Of a stretch of 64,000 nucleotides of DNA, positions 13,811 to 25,310 are shown piece after piece; position 1 is the first letter of the stretch; every line of letters begins with the position of its first letter. Origin of the DNA: Octopus vulgaris. Lineage: Eukaryota. Below the pieces are notes generated by a model. It was not told where the DNA came from and ran no database searches. It saw only the letters and a list, made by a program, of their open reading frames with translations. The stretch is from NCBI GenBank assembly GCA_951406725.2, contig OX597833.1, forward strand, positions 20,770,001-20,834,000, in the 5' to 3' direction. Position numbers and translations under genes: made by a program.

Positions 13811-14477
13811 AATAATAATAATTCTTTCTACGATAGGTACATGGTCTGCAATCATAGATGACAGTTGATCACAATGGTGTCCTTTGTTCCTAATCTTTCA
13901 TGAAAATGTATCTGATTATAGGGAAATATTTACTTGGAATCAGGTAAAGGTTGGTGACAGGAAAGGCATCTGGCTGTAGAAAATCTGCCTCAACAGAATT
14001 TTACCTGACACAGGTGAGCATGAAAAAGTGGATTTAAAAAGGGTGATGTTGATGATGATGATGATGATAATAACAATAAACGCCACCCTTTTCAAGCCTA
14101 GCCAGGCTCATGGGCCCGGTTTCCCGGTTTCTGTGGCGTATGTGTTCCTCCCAACTGGATGGGATGCCAGTCCATCACAGCGTTACTCAAGAAACAGGAA
14201 GAGAAAGTGAGAGAAAGTTGTGGCGAAAGAGTACAAGAGGGGTCACCACCACCCTCTGCTGGAGCCTCGTGGAGCTTTTAGGTGTTTTCGCTCAATAAAC
14301 ACACACACAGCCCGGTCTGGTGATCGAAACCGCGATCCTCCGACCATGAGTCCGCTGCCCTAACCACTGGGCCGATGATAATAATAATTTACAAAAAATT
14401 AAAAATTACAAAATGACAAACAAAAAAAATCATATACACTAGTGTAGTAATTACAATTCGTAGCTGAAATTACTTAC

Positions 14478-14724
14478 CTGTCTCAGGAAAGCAATTAACT
14501 GGCAAGTTTGCCATTTGTCATGTCGTGGGAGGTTGATACCCTTCAGGTACAAGATGAGCCGCTCGCCTTCTTTAGGCCTGTATCTCCGTCCGGTATTGGT
14601 GCTAACAATTAGACACATCTGATCAAGCTTCTGCAAAATGTGCAAAGGTGTGGTTTGTGCATTGCAGTGCACTGTTGCAACACTGACTGATCGCAGCTGC
14701 TCAAAGCAATGGTGTAGTAACAGA
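14478..14724 (-). CDS. DYNC2H1: Dynein-2 heavy chain exon, AAA3 (VATVHCNAQT...STNTGRRYRPKEGERLILYLKGINLP)
   Basis: ORF 14451..14792. tgcag / gtaag boundaries, 247 nt. Confidence 0.95.
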
Positions 14725-15129
14725 CTGCAAAAGAGGAACAGGTAAGAAAATAAAGATAACAACAGAAAAAGAAAAGCAATAATGAAGTGCATAGATATTG
14801 TATTAACATTTTAAAGAAGAGTTAATGCAATATGAAACAAATTTTAGATCAGTTCAAACATATCTGGGACATATTTGAATCTGTAAAGGTTTTTCACTGT
14901 GGTTTGCCATACTCTTTTACTCTTTTACTTGTTTCAATCATTTGACTGTGGCCATGCTGGAGCATTGCCTTTAGTCGAGCAAATCGACCCCAGGATTTAT
15001 TCTTTGTAAGCCTAGTACTTATTCTATTGGTTTCTTTACCGAACCGCTAAGTTACGGGGACGTAAACACAGCAGCATTGGTTGTCAAGCGATGTTGAAGG
15101 TACAAACACAGACACACAAACATATACAT

Positions 15130-15176
<47 letters not shown>

Positions 15177-17016
15177 TATATACAATGGGCTTCTTTCAGT
15201 TTCCGTCTACCAAATCCACTCATATGGCTTTGGTCAGACCGAGGCTATAGTAGAAGACACTTGCCCAAGGTGCCACGCAGTGGGACTGAACCTGGAACCA
15301 TGTGGTTGGTAAGTAAGCTACTTACCACACAGCCAGAAAGAAAATTCTTATTTATTGCATATGGCAGTATGCATAAAAAGCCATAGGCTCATTGAAATAT
15401 CACTGAAGAATTGGTATCCATGTAGAATTTCAAGAACATGTTGAAGGAGATTAAATGTCAAAGTGATACGTGTTGCCGTTTTCTTTTTATAGCACCACTA
15501 CCAATACTTTTTGATCAGATCTCAGAGATCCAAAAATCTTACATTTCTTAGGCAGAGTACAGTCAATTCGATTAACTAGAGGACATAATTATTATTTCTT
15601 TTTTTACTTTAGCCCAAGCATTCATAATGCTGGTTACCCATTTTCTGAGGTATATAAGCAACTGAAATTACAATATTCCTCTGAACAGGATGCTGATCCA
15701 TTGCAGAGTCTAAGGGCAGCAATCTTAAGGAAAGGGAACAAGTTGATTACAAAAACCCCAGTACATGACAGATATTTTAATTTTATCGTCTCCAGACTGG
15801 ACGACTAAAAACCTACATACTATCTTTAGTAGAAAGGATCAAGCTGGCAGAATCATTAGCATGCCGGGCAAAATGCTTAGCAATGTTTTATCTGTCACTA
15901 TGTTCTGAGTTCAAATTCCACCAAAGGCAACTTTGTCCTTTGTCCTTCTGGGGTTGATAAAATAGATACCAGTTGAACACTGGGGTTGATTTGGATTCCA
16001 AGCAGTTCAAATCCAGATGTTCATCTCTTTGTTGGAAACAACGTTTAGGGAAAGTAGCTTAGCTTAGTGCATGTGGTAGGTGTGTGAATACATATGAGAG
16101 AGAGAATATTTGTGTGCATATACATGAGTGTGTTATCACAAAATGGGCAGCAATCTTAAGGAAAGGGAGCAAGTTGATTACATAAACCCCAGTACATGAC
16201 AGATATTTTAATTTTATTGTCTCCAGAGGGATGAAAGGCAAAATTAACCTTCTTGAGATTTGAACTTAAAATGTAAAGAGCTAAAAGAAATACCTCTAAG
16301 CATTTAGTCTGATGTGCTATTCAGATCAGTGGTGTTAGGGGGACAAACACAAACACACACACAAACACACATATATATATATATACATATATATGATGGG
16401 CTTCTTTCAGTCTCCGTCTACCAAATCCACTCGCAAGGCTTTGGTTGGCCTGAGGCTGTAGTAGAAGACACTTACCCAAGGTGCCACGCAGTGGGACTGA
16501 ATCCGTAAACCATGTGGTTGGTAAGCAAGCTACTTACCGCACGGCCACTCCTGCATCTTTTAGAAAGGTTCTTGAGATTTGAGGAGACTTGTAACTAAGC
16601 ATCAAGACAACATCCCTGCTAACTAATAAAGCACGTAATAGTTTTAAGGGAGTGGAGGCATATCAAGGTCCATATGGCCCTTAGTGGTGGTCCATATAAG
16701 ATTATGTTGTGACAATTTATGTGCAAGAAATTGGTTATTTTTCTATATAATACACAAAATATTTTAACAATTTATACAATTACTAACAATATTTAATTAT
16801 AAAAATATAACAGGATTTTTTAAACATCAAATGGCTATGAGGATTCACCTTAGTAAAACAGGAATAAAGGGTGTCTACAGACAGAAAATGGTTGAGTGCC
16901 ACTGATTTAGATAAAACCTCCTTACCACAGTATCCTGTTTCAAAAACCCTATTTCAGTACACTTCCATTTTACCATAGATCTCTGGTTCGACAGACCCCT
17001 TGTGAGATAATCTTAC

Positions 17017-17177
17017 CTTTTACCACAACCCTCTGGTCCAACAAGGATAAATGGTTGGTAGTGTTTGTCCTGAAGCCACAATGAGAAATAATCGAGGTTT
17101 CTTTGCACATGGACTGTCTTGATTATGGGCAGTTGTGAGCCTTGTTCCAAGCTGTTCAAATCCAGATGTTCATCTCT
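17017..17177 (-). CDS. DYNC2H1: Dynein-2 heavy chain exon, AAA3 Walker A (QPFILVGPEGCGK)
   Basis: RDEHLDLNSLEQGSQLPIIKTVHVQRNLDYFSLWLQDKHYQPFILVGPEGCGK. aacag / gtaag boundaries, 161 nt. Not in the ORF track. Confidence 0.94.
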
Positions 17178-17354
17178 CTGTTGGAAACAATGTTTAGGGA
17201 AAATAGCTTAGTTTATAGCATGTGGTAGGTGTGTGAATACATATGAGGGAGAGAGGGAGAGAGAGAGAGAGAGAGAGAATATGTGCATGCATATATGTTC
17301 ATTTGAGTGAGGAGATGTGTATATAAATGCATGTATTTATATATACACTCCACG

Positions 17355-17525
17355 CAGGAGTGGCTGTGTGGTAAGTAGCTTGCTTACCAACCACATGGTT
17401 CCAGGTTCAGTCCCACTGCGTGGCACCTTGGGCAAGTGTCTTCTAGTATAGCCCCGGGCCGACCAAAGCCTTGTGAGTGGATTTGGAAGATGGAAACTGA
17501 AAGAAGCCCGTCGTATATATATGTG

Positions 17526-17556
<31 letters not shown>

Positions 17557-17763
17557 ATGTTTGTGTATATGTGTTTGTCCCCCCAACATCACTTGACAAC
17601 CGATGTTGGTGTGTTTACGTCCCCATAACTTAGCAGTTTGGTAAAAGAGACCGATAGAATAAGTACTAGGCTTACAAAGAATAAATCCTGGGAGTCAATT
17701 TCCTCGACTAAAGGCGGTGCTCCAGCATGGCCACAGTCAAATGACTGAAACAATTAAAAGAGT
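17355..17763 (+). mobile_element. tRNA-derived SINE family A, representative copy. About 15 long copies: 2483-2864(-), 4921-5340, 12688-13260, 14911-15334(-), 16325-16553(-), 33259-33688, 35330-35733, 39029-39418, 44205-44590(-), 48824-49228(-), 56657-57178(-), 59860-60288, 61773-62130
   Basis: A-box-like tggctgtgtggtaag and B-box-like ggttcagtccc, internal (TA/TG)n, 3' end gaaacaagtaaaagagt. Source of the recurrent spurious ORFs ending ..[19 protein letters not shown]. Confidence 0.9.
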
Positions 17764-18260
17764 ATGCATTAATACCCTCCATCAGGCATTTTGCCATATT
17801 CTGAACGTCTCACTTCCGTGGGCATGGATACATTGAAACTAAGACGTCTGGCAGCTGACTTGGCAGACACCCATAAAATTATTAACCCTCTTACTAACAA
17901 TAACTCTGAGCACCTTTTCAAACTTCACCTGTCTAACACCCGTGGACATGTTTACAAAGTCAGAAAACAGCACAGCTCCCATGACTTTCGAAACCATTTT
18001 TTCATGCTAAGAGTTACTGAAGTATGGAACAAACTGCCAGTATCAGTTGTTAGTTGTCAGAACACTGCATCCTTCAAAACTTCCATGATTCTTGAGATTC
18101 GCCAACACTACACCTGATTTTCTCCCCTCCATACACATGCAAGCATGTATCTGACTCATACACTGTTCACTTCCCAGACATTTGTACATTACTGCATATG
18201 CTTTATACGCACTTTTGAAAAGTTGTGGTGCACCTGAGCACTGTATAGAATAATTACATT
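17764..18260 (+). mobile_element. CR1-group LINE 3' end (RT C-terminus and 3' UTR, (TTA)n tail)
   Basis: LPYSERL...LKLRRLAADL...TRGHVYK...FFMLRVTEVWNKLP. Confidence 0.85.
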
Positions 18261-18302
18261 ATTATTATTATTATTTTATTATGAGTGTGTTATCACAAAA
18301 TT

Positions 18303-18333
<31 letters not shown>

Positions 18334-18551
18334 GAGGGAGAGAGAAAGAGCGCTGTGAAATGAAATTCTGTGTCACATACTCAAAGGAAAATACTCCTTC
18401 TGGACAGAGAGAAGGAGAGAGAAAGAGAAAGTGGGAGCAAAAGGGGCCGGAAAGAAAATTGGCAAATTGACAGAGAAAACAGAAAAACTAAAATAGCATC
18501 GTTTGTGTCTGTATGACTTTAAGTACCAGCATATACATAATATATATGTAT

Positions 18552-18673
<122 letters not shown>

Positions 18674-18995
18674 TTAGGGGTGTTTAAAACCTCTAAGGGA
18701 TGGTTAAATCCAAAGGTGCTCCTGGTGATTACCTGCATAGGCACAGTCCTTGGTAAAAGGTATACGGTAGCAGGTAATTCAACAAGTAAACCGTAGTTTA
18801 AATTATATGCAAGAAGAAAATGGAGGAAGAATAACAGGAAAAAGTTGGTCGTTTGCATTAGTAAGCCATTAATTTGATTAATTAATAAAGGAAAGTGGTA
18901 GTAATACCACCACTTTTCTTTATTAATTAATTCAATTAATGGCTTATTTCGCAAACGACCAACTTCTTCCTGTTATTTTTCTTCCATTTTCTTCT

Positions 18996-19049
<54 letters not shown>

Positions 19050-19458
19050 TATATATATACATATACATATATACATATATATATATGTGTGTATAGTAAA
19101 AAATTTAGATTCTGATGAATATGATACTTAAGTTGAGGCACCAGAATTTAGTATGGTATTAGCCATACAATTTAAAATAAGGTGATTAAAATCAAAATAA
19201 GCAACAAGGATATCCAGAGGTAATGTAGTACGATCATTTCATGCGACTCCATTTAATTGAACAATGCACACATTACATCAATTTAAAATGTAGAGCTCTA
19301 CATTTTAAATTGATGTAATGTTTGCATTGTTCAATTAAATGGAGTCGCATGAAACGATCGTACTACATTACCTCTGGATATCCTTGTTGCTTATTTGTAT
19401 GGGTCTTCTTGTGTTTGTGTATGAATGCATCACCATCATTATCAGATATATATATATA

Positions 19459-19736
19459 CTAGCAGTATCGCCCGGGTTTGTAAGGGAAATAACTATATAA
19501 GCATTTTAAGAGAGTTACTTCCCTTATATAATAGCAAAAAAATGCATTAAAAATGGGGAAAAATGATGGTAAATTTTTTTTTAAATCGTAGACGCATGCT
19601 AATACCCAGAAGGGCTCGATATGAATCACGACTATAAGATACCCACTTTTGGTTAAACTGCACCGCAAAATGTGGGAGTAGTTAGGAATCTAAATCGTAG
19701 GAGACAGACACACAACTTCACTTTTATATATAAAGA
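19459..19736 (-). mobile_element. Non-autonomous Helitron, family 1 (internally deleted)
   Basis: Reverse complement of the 55621 element with TC...CTAG ends. Confidence 0.82.
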
Positions 19737-20382
19737 TATGTATCTCTGATAATGATGGTGATGCATTCATGCACAAACACAAACACAAGAAGACCCATAC
19801 TCTACAGCAGAAGTTTTAAGGCCAGTCCTCCTGGCGAAGAGGGTTGGCCTGCACGAGTCCAGTGCCAGTGCCATGTAAAAATCCCTCATGATGGTACCTT
19901 ATAAAAAGCACCCAGTACACATAGGTGTATTCATATATGAAACGTTGTAATTTTCAGTGCTGGCTCTAAATTCTATGGAAACTCTGTAGAGATAATCTCA
20001 AAATTGAAAACAATGCACTGCCAAAACAAAAGCAAGGCACTGTATTGATTTTATAAACATATAATATATTTGGCAGTATATTAGGGTTGTAAAACAAAAT
20101 ATTGCATCCCTAACTGCAATTAATACAAACACACACATATATATTCATTCACAAGGCTTTGGTTGACCTGGGGCAGTTCTACATACTACAAAATATATGG
20201 GGGAGGGCAAGGAAAAACAGACTGTCTTAGATGCTGTTTTAGGTCATAAGTACACACCATCAAATGTCACCTGGGTGGATGGGAGTCAGAGGAGTAAGTT
20301 AACCAAATCAACCATAAGCAGGGGTGGCTGGGGACCAACTGAAATCTTAAATCCAAATGTTCTTTAATAGCATGTTTCTCAC

Positions 20383-20490
20383 CAGACCATCTTGTAGTGA
20401 GTAGGTTTTTAGTCGTCCAGTCTCCTCATCATAGTAAGTATCCAGAATGTGTTGTGAATCTGGTGGAGTTTCTCCAATCACTGAAAACAC
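20383..20490 (-). CDS. DYNC2H1: Dynein-2 heavy chain exon: VFSVIGETPPDSQHILDTYYDEETGRLKTYSLQDGL
   Basis: Hand translation resembles the recalled vertebrate ESPPD..MDTYYD..GRL segment. ttcag / gtgag boundaries, 108 nt. Not in the ORF track. Confidence 0.88.
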
Positions 20491-20547
20491 CTGAATTTGG
20501 GAAAGAAAATAATAATAGAAATAATAATGATAATAATAATAATAATG

Positions 20548-20578
<31 letters not shown>

Positions 20579-21579
20579 ATTCAAATTTTGCTACAAGAGC
20601 AGCAATTTTGGGGGAGGTGGTGAGTTGATTACAGCAACCCCAGTGTTCAACTGGTATCTATTTTATCGACCCCCATAAGGATGAAGGGCAAAGTTGAGTT
20701 TGGTGGAATTTGAACTCAGAACATAGCGACAGATAAAACACTGCTAAGCATTTTGCCAGGCATGATAATGATTCTGCCAGCTCACTACCTAATTAATGAT
20801 AATAATAATAATCCTTTCTACTAAAGCCACAAGCTCTGAAATTTTGGGGGAGCGGCCTGGTTAATTATATTGACCCCAGTGTTTCACTGGTACTTAATTT
20901 ATTGACTCTAAAAGGATGAAAGGCTAAGTCGATCCTGGCAGAATTTGAACTCAGAACATAGTGATGGATGAAATGCCGCTAAGTATTTTACCCGATATGC
21001 TAATGATTCTGCCAGCTTGCCACCTTAATAATACTAATAATAATACTTTCTACTCTAGGGACAAGGCCTGAAATTTTAGTGGGGGGTGGGTAAGTCAATT
21101 ATGTTGACACCAGTACTCAACTGGTACTTATTTTACCAACCTCGAAAGGATGACAGGCAAAGTTGATGTTGGCAGAATTTGAACTCAGAATGAATAGACA
21201 AACGAAATGCCTCTAAGCATCTTGTCCAGCATGCTATTGATTTTGCTAGCTGAAGAATAACAACAACAACAATTTTTCTTATTTGCTACCAGGGCAACAG
21301 ATAACAGGAACAAAACAACGACAGGATAAAGTATGGGGATTTACACAAAATTAAACCATTTAATAAGAAAGAAGTATATAATATATGGTATACAGTATTA
21401 TTAGAGTGATGACACAGGAGGACTTTTAGGGCAACCAAAAAAAAAAAACCTCAGATTCCAAGGGAACCTGTTCACTAACAGACCTCACTCCTCCATAATT
21501 TTCAGCCTACACACGCATTCTTAGAGAAGGCTCTTTCACTTGTACCATTCTCATATTATTCATGCCCTTTTCAAATTTA

Positions 21580-22270
21580 CTGGGATGACAATGCACCCGG
21601 TCACTGAGCTCTCCTCACTTGTGAGTCTCTCACCAGATACAACATGGTGTTGCTTCCACAGCCAACCTATTCATCAGATTTAGCACATGTGGATTTCCAT
21701 CTCTTCTCCAAGATGAAAATGCATCTCAAAGGTCACTGTTTTAGCACCATTGTCGAGATCAAGAATAAAGCACAGGAGGTCCTCGATGCACTTGTGGAAA
21801 ACAACTTCCAGGCCAGATTCCAAAAGTGGCAGGAACACTGGGGCCTAGGTATTGCTGTTAAAGAAACACTGGGACCTATGTATTGCTGTGCAATGAACAC
21901 TGGGACCTATGTATTGCTGTACAAGGAACACTGGGACCTATGTATTGCTGTACAAGGAACACTGGGACCTGTGTATTGCTGTACAAGAACACTGGGACCT
22001 ATGTATTACTGTGCAAGGGACACTGGGACCTGTGTATTGCTGTGCAAGGAACACAGGGATCTATGTATTGTTGTGCAATGAACACTGGGACCTATGTATT
22101 GCTGTGCAAGGGACACTGGGACCTGTGTATTACTATGCAAGGAACACTGGGACCTATGTATTGCTGTGCAAGGTGACTATTTTGAAGGAGATGATGTTAA
22201 AACTTAGGTAAATAAGTTATTTTTTATTAAACATAACTAGTCTGGGAACATTTTTGATACCACCTTGTAT
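21580..22270 (+). mobile_element. Degenerate mariner transposase relic with internal minisatellite
   Basis: DNAP.H...LPQPTYSSDLAHVDFHLFSKMK...FQKWQEHW...GDYFEGD. Confidence 0.82.
21831..22170 (+). repeat. 31-bp minisatellite, about 11 copies (ggaacactgggacctatgtattgctgtgcaa)
   Basis: Head-to-tail units with no spacers, counted by eye. Confidence 0.93.
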
Positions 22271-23004
22271 TCAGACATGAAATGGTTGATGGTAATGATA
22301 TCAAATATAGTTCCAATCAATAAAGATGTATCATAGTAAGTGGAGGAAAGTTATGTAGACAGTATATGGTAGGAAGCCAACACAAGAGAAGGATGAAAGA
22401 AAACTCGAGAATTAATTAGTTACAAATAATTTCAATGATTTGAAGACTAAGATACAAAATTTACTAATCTTGTGAAAACTTAGAAAAAAAAGCAATTTTG
22501 TTGACCAGTAAAATTGCTGTTGTTGTTTAACCCTGAGTCAAACTTGACTGAGTAGGCAGTCCAATGGTTATATCATGATCATCTTGTATACATTGGCCCT
22601 ACATTGCCATATTTCTGTTGAAATACACTACCTTTTTTTCAATTAATTTTGAAAATAATAAAAAAAATTATTAAAATAGCTCTGACATTATTCAGCTGGG
22701 ATTTGGAAAATAAATTAACATGGAATTTTAATTCAGATTACTTTAAAATGTGAAGTTTGTGTCATAGGACCAAGGGCAGCTTCAGGCAGGTTGGTATTTA
22801 AAGGGTTAAAGGCAGCAGGGTGTGGTTTATGAGAGGTTTATAGGCACAAGCAAGGCTGTGTGGTAAGAAGTTTGCTTCTCAACCACATGATTCTGGGTTC
22901 AATTCCACTCTGTGGCACCTTGGGCAAGTGTCTTCTGCTATAGCCTCAGGCTGATCAAAACTTTGTGAGTGGATTTGGTAAATGGGAAACTGAAAGAAGC
23001 CCAT

Positions 23005-23162
23005 CTTATATATATACATACACATATATATACATACACACACACATATATATATACATATATACACATATACACACACACACACACACATATATATACA
23101 TATATACACACACACACACACATATATATATACATATATACACACACACACACATATATATA

Positions 23163-23226
<64 letters not shown>

Positions 23227-23451
23227 TATACATATATATACATACATATACATACATACATATATATACATACATATACATATATATATATATACATATA
23301 TATACATACATATACATATATATATATATACATATATATACATACATATACATATATATATATACATATATATACATACATATACATACATATACATATA
23401 TATATACATACATATACATATATACACATACATATACATATATACACATAC

Positions 23452-23484
<33 letters not shown>

Positions 23485-23673
23485 CATATATATACATACA
23501 TATACATATATATACATACATATACATATATATATATACATACATATACATATATATATATACATACATATACATATATATATATACATACATATACATA
23601 TATATATATACATACATATACATATATATATATACATACATATATATATATACATACATATACATATATATAT

Positions 23674-23729
<56 letters not shown>

Positions 23730-23730
23730 A
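23005..23730. repeat. Compound (TA/CA/TACA)n microsatellite, about 725 bp
   Basis: Seen directly; produces the spurious YIYI/HTHT ORFs. Confidence 0.97.
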
Positions 23731-24573
23731 CTCCTGCACAAGTCCCGCATAGCCCCTGCCCATTCAAAGTACCTTGGATACCAGAACATCCCGCTGTGCT
23801 TGAGGAGACCTATTGAGTCAAGTACATGAACATCGAAATAAATATCAATGGAAATAGTAGTTGTGATACCTGTGCTGGTGGCACATAAAAAGCACCATCC
23901 GAACGTGGCCGATGCCAGTGCTGCCTCGACTCGCTTCAGTGCTGGTGGCACACAAAAAGCACCATCCGAACGTGGCCTATGCGAGCACTACTTTGACTGG
24001 CTACTGTGCCGGTGGCACGTAAAAAGCACCCACTACACTTGCGGAGTGGTTGGCGTTAGGAAGGGCATCCAGCTGTAGAAACACTGCTAGATCAGACTGG
24101 AGCCTGGTGCAGACCCTGGCTTCCCACACCCCGGTCGAACCATCCAATCCGTGCTAGCGCGGAAAACGGACGTTAAACAATGATGTTATGATGATGATGA
24201 TATATATACATACATATATATATATACATATATATATATATACATATATATATATAGATACATATATATATATAGATACATATATATATATAAAATAATA
24301 GTTATCGCCATACTAATATGGCATTCTTATAAAAATAAGAAAAAAGCTGTCCGCTTATTAGCTCCATGAGGCCATCGCCTTAAGTTAGCTATTTGATACA
24401 CAAACTGTATCCATATAACCTTCGAACAAGGGAGATGGCCTCATGGAGCTAATAAGCGGACAGCTTTTCTTATTTTTATAAGAATGCCATATTAGTATGG
24501 CGATAACTATTATTTTCCGGGAACGCTGCCGCTGTTCTCTTTTAGAGAGACTTAGTAATTTTAATATTTCTAT

Positions 24574-24670
<97 letters not shown>

Positions 24671-25177
24671 CATATATATATATATAAATATATAGTTACA
24701 AATTGGTTTAGGGTTGGATGTGGATGTGTATGTTTTTCTTGTGCGGTGTGGGGGCGGCTCTCAACGGACCAACCATGAGGAAGACAATGATAATTTAAAT
24801 TCAAATCCAATAGTGTATTTATGTCATAAGGAAAATTACTAAATGGAACCCGGACATACATATGTGCCACTTTGGATCCTAACGTAAGTGATATTAACAA
24901 TATTATGAATGATAATGATGGTAGCATTAATGGTATTGACAACGATAATGATGCTAACTTTAATGACACTTTGGAAATTAGTAGGAAGTAATATAATGTA
25001 CTATTGACTATGTATATTTGCATCTAGGTACTAATATGTGTATGTTTATTATCACAATATTAAGTTGAAAAACTGAAACATTGAATGTGGAACATATATA
25101 TGTTTACTAATTTATATTATGTATATGTATATTTTTATATGTATAGGAGTGTGAGTATATGCACTCATATGTATATG

Positions 25178-25310
25178 TATATCTCCGAAGAGGCCTTATG
25201 ATACTTTTGTAAATGTCTCATTTATATCCATATATTGACCTACCATAAAAGGCTAATATTGGTAAAATGAGACATACTTATCTACATGGACGAAACAGCT
25301 GTAAGATGTA
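25178..25310 (+). ncRNA. Degenerate hammerhead candidate with long stem II
   Basis: tatatct-CCGAAGA-...-GAAAC-agct-GTA-agatgta, with internal hairpin atgtctcattt / aaatgagacat. Confidence 0.5.

Noticed and set aside
16968-16993. Apparent degenerate duplicate of the Walker A exon 3' end
   Set aside because: Only about 20/26 identity, no splice donor and no further alignment.
21831-22170. CRISPR-like 31-bp repeats
   Set aside because: No spacers, eukaryotic context, and the unit derives from transposase coding sequence.
22879-23951. Long 250-340 aa ORFs (also 54734-55388 and 46576-47640)
   Set aside because: Stop-free translations of TA/CA/TG microsatellites.
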